Positions 59,501-64,000 of a DNA stretch of 64,000 bases are shown in pieces. The notes below the pieces were generated by a model. It made no database searches, had not been told where the DNA came from, and saw nothing but the letters and a program-made list of their open reading frames with translations. A program made the translations under genes and the position numbers. Every line of letters starts with the position of its first letter. Position 1 is the first letter of the stretch. Origin of the DNA: Octopus sinensis (lineage: Eukaryota); assembly GCF_006345805.1 (NCBI RefSeq), contig NC_043011.1, positions 13,838,464 to 13,902,463 on the forward strand, given 5' to 3'.

Positions 59501-62227
59501 GCCTAGTACTTAATCTATCGGTCTCTTTTGCCGAACTGCTAAGTTACGGGGACGCAAACACACCAACATCGGTTGTCAAGCGATGTTGGGGAGACACACA
59601 CAAACACACACACATGCATACATACATATACAGATATACGACGGGCTTCTCTCGGTTTCCGTCTACCAAATTCACTCGCAAGGCTTTGGTCGGCCTGAGG
59701 CTATAGTAGAAGACACTTACCCAAGGTGCCACGCAGTGGGACTGAACCCGGAACCATTAACTAATATTGCTTTTTCTTCTCTGCATAATTATTATTGTTT
59801 TTTTTTTTATGACCGTTGTAGTAAGTTAACATAACTTAATTGAAAACATCTCAGAATTATTTCATAATAATTGTTTTTGTATCTGTCTGTAGAAAAAAAA
59901 AGAAAAAAGATTGCCTGATATCATTTTTTGAGATTTGTGTCACATTCATAAACATAGATCAGAAGCAAGTTTGTAATAAGATAGGATTTCATATTTAGAT
60001 GAAACAGCTGACATAACAGTGCAACATAGGCAAACAACCCTTCATTATTATTTAATTAGTTTTGCTTGTGGCCATGACAGAATCTAGATAAAACATATGG
60101 ATGCTAATATCAGTAAACTATTAAGGTGGTGAGCTGGCAGAATCGTTAGCGTGCTGGGCAAAATGCTTAACAGCATTTTGTACATCTTTTTGTTCTTAGT
60201 TCACGTTCCACCAAGGTCAACTTTGCCTTTCATTCTTTTGGGGTCGATAAAATTAGTACAAGTTGAACTCTGGGGGTCAATGAAATTGACTCCCCCCCTC
60301 CCATAAAATTGCTGACCTTGTGCTAAAATTTGACACTAATACTATTTACTCTTACTCTTTTACTTGTTTCAGTCATTTGACTGCGGCCATGCTGGTGCAC
60401 CGCCTTTAATCGAGCAACTCGACCCTGGGACTTATTCTTTTGTAAGCCCAGTACTTATTCTATCGGTCTCTTTTGCCGAACCGCTAAGTAACGGGGGACA
60501 TAAACACACCAGCATCGGTTGTCAAGCAATGCTAGGGGGACAAACACAAACTCATATACACACATATATACGACGGGCTTCTTTCAGTTTCCGTCTACCA
60601 AATCCACTCACAAGGCTTTGGTTGGCCTGAGCCTATAATAGAAGATACTTGCCCAAGGTGCCACGCAGTGGGACTGAACCCGGAACCATGTGGTTGGTAA
60701 ACAAGCTACTTACCACACAGCCACTCCTGCGCCTGATATCTGTAAACTGTTATTTAATCTTCTAGAATATTAAACACTATTATTTAATCTTCTAAAGGAA
60801 GGTTTGTAGACTTTTAGTATTTCAGTGACTAGCTTTTTTTTTCTCTTTTTTTTTAACTTTATTTTCAGCTTCAACTCCCAACAGATACAGACAAAAGGGC
60901 CCTTTACGATACGCTCCACCACCAGCTGAAACTTACTCTCCTGCACATCCAAAGAGCTATAGGGCCCAGTCACAAGTAGGTCCTCCTCCCAAAGTCGGAG
61001 AAATGCCCATGTACGCAACTACTTCCTCTGATCCCAGTATGTTTCATCAAAGCCAACAAATGACATCTGTTAATTACCAACCACCAGTGGATTGCAACGC
61101 TTCGTTTTACCAGCCGGTTCAAGCCCATTGGTGTTTTTGCAAAAGAATTGAAAACCGTGAAGTTTGGTTCCCATTTTCAATTGTTGATTCAATTAGGCTG
61201 GAGAATGCATTCCAGAATGGTAAATATATTAATGCCTCTTTGGAGGATTTTCATAATTGTCTACAATCTAGCTACATGTTGTTTTTGAGTAGTGCTTCTC
61301 AACCATTTTTTTTGCCTGTGGACCCCTTTAATTCCTATTTTACTCTTCTGGGCCTCCATAACCATTCAATGGACATGGAAAAATCCTACTGTATTTTTAT
61401 AATTAAATATTATTAGGAATTGTCTAAAAAAAATGTTTTATGTATTTGTAGAACTAAAAGCAATTTTATTGCACATAGATTTTAACAACAAAATCTTATA
61501 CAGACCCCCAGTTTAGAACCACTGTTTTAGAGTTTTGATTTTAACATGTTCAGAAGTGTTCTCAGCTCTACCTGCATCTATGTCTCCCAGTATATCCAAC
61601 CCAACAAATGGTAATTATTTATATTTATAATTTCTGAACCACAGGTTGTGCTGACGGTGAGGTGGTTGCCACTGATGGTGGCCGTTATGACATTCAAGTG
61701 GATCAGAGGATTCGTAAAGCTGTCTATTGGAGCGAAGATCATACCCATGTCCGTCGAAGTACTTGGTTTTACAAGCGAGAAGGAGACAACAAATATGTGC
61801 CTTATACTGAAGCATTCGCTCAAAAACTTGAGGTGAATTTTTATTTTACAAATTTCTTTTCTGAATTTTATGCTGTTGTAAATGAATCCCAGGTTGACCA
61901 AAACCTTTTCAGTGGGTTTCTGAAACAGAAACTAAAAGAAGCCCATTGTGTGTGTGTGTGTGTGGTTGTGCGTGTGCTAGATACACTTTTGGGCCCCAAA
62001 TTTCTGTGGTGCACCGATACTTATCGATATTGGGCGTTTCAATTAACAGATCAAAAAGGCATATTTTTTCTTTGTATTTCCAGGAAGAATATAAAAATGC
62101 TATTTTTAACAATTTATGGCATAAAAAACTTGAATTTCCTGGCGGAGAAACCATTGTAATGCACAATCCTAATGTGATAGTTCATTTCCAGACTTCCTCT
62201 CAACCAGATGAGTGGGGCACTATAAAT
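47514..62227 (+). CDS. SEC23IP: SEC23-interacting protein (p125, DDHD/iPLA1 family), 5' part; gene continues beyond the window
   Basis: Phase-consistent GT-AG exons 47514-47658, 58425-58760, 60869-61219, 61645-61832, 62084-62227. Pro/Ser-rich N-terminus with [11 protein letters not shown], then [70 protein letters not shown], typical of SEC23IP/DDHD2; the long Pro-rich N-terminus favours SEC23IP. Confidence 0.92.
49836..50270 (-). mobile_element. R4/Dong-like non-LTR retrotransposon 3' fragment (restriction-like endonuclease)
   Basis: Minus strand RPDIV...MDVTVPGD...KVDRYGDL...[10 protein letters not shown]...[17 protein letters not shown]; both ends lie in (TAA)n tracts. Confidence 0.75.
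51050..51870 (+). mobile_element. Decayed RTE (BovB-like) LINE ORF2 C-terminus
   Basis: [64 protein letters not shown] and a terminal CPQC; in-frame stops. Confidence 0.85.
52728..53780 (-). mobile_element. RTE LINE 3' fragment with minisatellite-bearing 3'UTR (related to family C)
   Basis: Minus strand [27 protein letters not shown]...[16 protein letters not shown], then four units of about 66 bp, the family C core and a (GAT)n tail. Confidence 0.85.
53824..54054 (-). mobile_element. SINE family B
   Basis: Reverse complement of the 6532 copy; GCATACC on both flanks. Confidence 0.85.
55205..55630 (+). mobile_element. SINE family A
   Basis: Full head, core and tail. Confidence 0.9.
55990..56395 (-). 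mobile_element. RTE LINE reverse transcriptase fragment joined directly to a 3' tail
   Basis: [43 protein letters not shown], followed immediately by GACATTAAACGATGAT. Confidence 0.85.
56750..58050. mobile_element. Penelope-like element relic (GIY-YIG endonuclease) with an inverted partial copy
   Basis: + strand about 57600-58030 reads [11 protein letters not shown]...[25 protein letters not shown]...RLTVHRQQI...VSKHLDQC with stops and a frameshift; 57328-57456 is an inverted homologue of 57884-58030. Confidence 0.8.
59401..59756 (-). mobile_element. SINE family A, head-truncated
   Basis: Reverse complement of family A. Confidence 0.85.
60346..60733 (-). mobile_element. SINE family A
   Basis: Reverse complement of family A, full length. 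Confidence 0.9.
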
Positions 62228-62500
62228 GTATGTATAACCTCACCTTCCTTTTTATCTTTCATTTCTATTTCAACTGCATCTTACTTTATATATTTCCTAT
62301 AATGTAATATTGTTGTCTGTGTGTTTCATAGACATTTAGAAATCTGTAATTTTTGACACAGTTATTGAATTTAATTGTCACTATTCATATATTTTTGTTA
62401 ATGTTTGAAAATCCATGACTGCCAAAAGAAGAGAGGAGAGTGTAGAATTTATTTGACTTTTTAGGTTATGTTTTATGCTTTAGTTTATTTCCACTTCCAG

Positions 62501-62539
62501 TTGTCCCCGTCTAATGAATCCCAATATGCCGGGCTACAG
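62501..62539 (+). CDS. SEC23IP: Candidate 39-nt symmetric cassette exon of SEC23IP (LSPSNESQYAGLQ)
   Basis: Acceptor tttatttccacttccag, donor CAG|GTATGT, 13 open codons in phase 0 matching the preceding phase-0 intron. Confidence 0.5.
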
Positions 62540-63469
62540 GTATGTTCGGCACTTGCAGCTTCTCTTGGCCTTGCTAGGTGTCATTTTTCTCCCACTTAAA
62601 TTCAAAATATATATATATATATATATCAGTTGTGTGTGTTTGTGTGTATTCATGTGTGTACTTGTGATACCACAAGTATTTTCCCTTTAATTTGTGCCAC
62701 TAACCTAGACTTACACTCTTTTCTAATTAATGGAGATATAAACCCTCGTTAGCTGTCAATTCTATTTGATGTTGCTATTGTTTCTGTTAATTAGATTTAT
62801 CACTTTAACCAAAAATCTGACATAACCACATGTAAACTTTTGTAAGTTTTCCTTAAATATTTATTAAATGATAGCAATATTAGAAATAATTAGGTAAATT
62901 AATTCTTAATCATATTACTTTCATTATCTGCTATTCATTTATAATTAGTTGTCTAATAGAAGGGATTCAGAAATGCAATAAAATTACTGTAGTGAAATAG
63001 CTAAATCTTTTTTTATAAATGGTACTACTAAGGTATTTGCTTTAACTTGTATTTTTCTTATTCAGATCATGTTCATACTAGTTATATTCCTAATATAGTG
63101 AGTGTCAATAGATTTGGTATTTCTCTAAATGAATTCTTGGTGAATATTATGTGAAAGAATCTTTTATAAGAACCATTTAACTTTGATATGTAATGAGATG
63201 AAATATTTAAGGATATTTTACCAGAACTTAGACAATGGTACAGTTGTAAGAGTATTGGACTAAATATCTTTTAGTATTTGTTCTAGTTCTTTGTATTCTG
63301 AGTTCAAATCCTGCCAAAGTCAGTTTTGCCTGCCATCCTTTTGGGTTACTGAAGTACATATGAAGAACTTGGATTGATTCAATTCCTTCAAAATTGCTGG
63401 TTTTGTGTCTAAATTAGAAATTATTATTATCTTAGACAAGTAGCTAAATTAAAAGAAAATTAGACAATC

Positions 63470-63826
63470 AGGCACAGGAGTGGCTGTGTGGTAAGAAGCT
63501 TGCTTACCAACCACATGGTTCCGGGTTCAGTCTCACTGTATAGCACCTTGGGCAAGCGTCTTCTACTATAGCTTTGGACTGACCAAACCCTTGTGGGCGG
63601 ATTTGGTAGATGGAAACTGAAAGAAGCCCATCATATATATGTGTGTGTGTGTGTGTATTTGTGTCTGTGTTTGTCGCCCCACCATCGCCTGGTGTGTTTA
63701 TATCCCTGTAACTTAGCAGTTCAGCAAAAGAAACCAATAGAATAAGTACTAGGCTTACAAAGAATAAGTCTTGAGGTCAATTTATTTGACTAAAAGGTGG
63801 TGCTTCAGCATGGCCACAATCAAAAG
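63470..63826 (+). mobile_element. SINE family A, diverged
   Basis: Head, core and partial tail. Confidence 0.85.
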
Positions 63827-64000
63827 AGAAATCAGAATTATTTCACTGAAACTCTGTTTTTGAATTAGTTTCTAGTTGTAAGGATTTGTTCATCTCAACC
63901 TAACTTCAAGTATTTCCTATATTGACTTATTATGGAAATGAAATTCGTAACCATACTGAATGAATCCTCTCCTAATTGGATTGAATATACTTGTGGTATT

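Overview
AT-rich, repeat-dense animal genomic DNA; the SINE, RTE and MITE families point to an octopod cephalopod (probably Octopus, an inference). I traced three multi-exon housekeeping genes by hand through their splice sites: ILF2/NF45 (+, 13 coding exons 2894-13329, first ATG exon not located), MCMBP (-, complete, 15 exons 33627-14261, 614 aa) and the 5' part of SEC23IP/p125 (+, from ATG 47514, runs off the window). ILF2 and MCMBP are tail-to-tail; MCMBP and SEC23IP are head-to-head, as in human. The rest is mostly tRNA-SINEs, truncated RTE/CR1/R4-like LINEs, a Penelope-like GIY-YIG relic, a non-autonomous Helitron, a decayed mariner and several MITE families. Most ORFs in the supplied track are repeat-derived. 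The best leads concern RNA processing: a minor-spliceosome (U12) intron with apparent AT-AA ends in MCMBP, a SINE target-site duplication that copies the ILF2 3'UTR splice donor (possible NMD switch), a 123-bp fold-back in an ILF2 intron, and a candidate 39-nt cassette exon in SEC23IP. I found no novel protein-coding system. Repeat boundaries are hand-read and may be off by a few bases.
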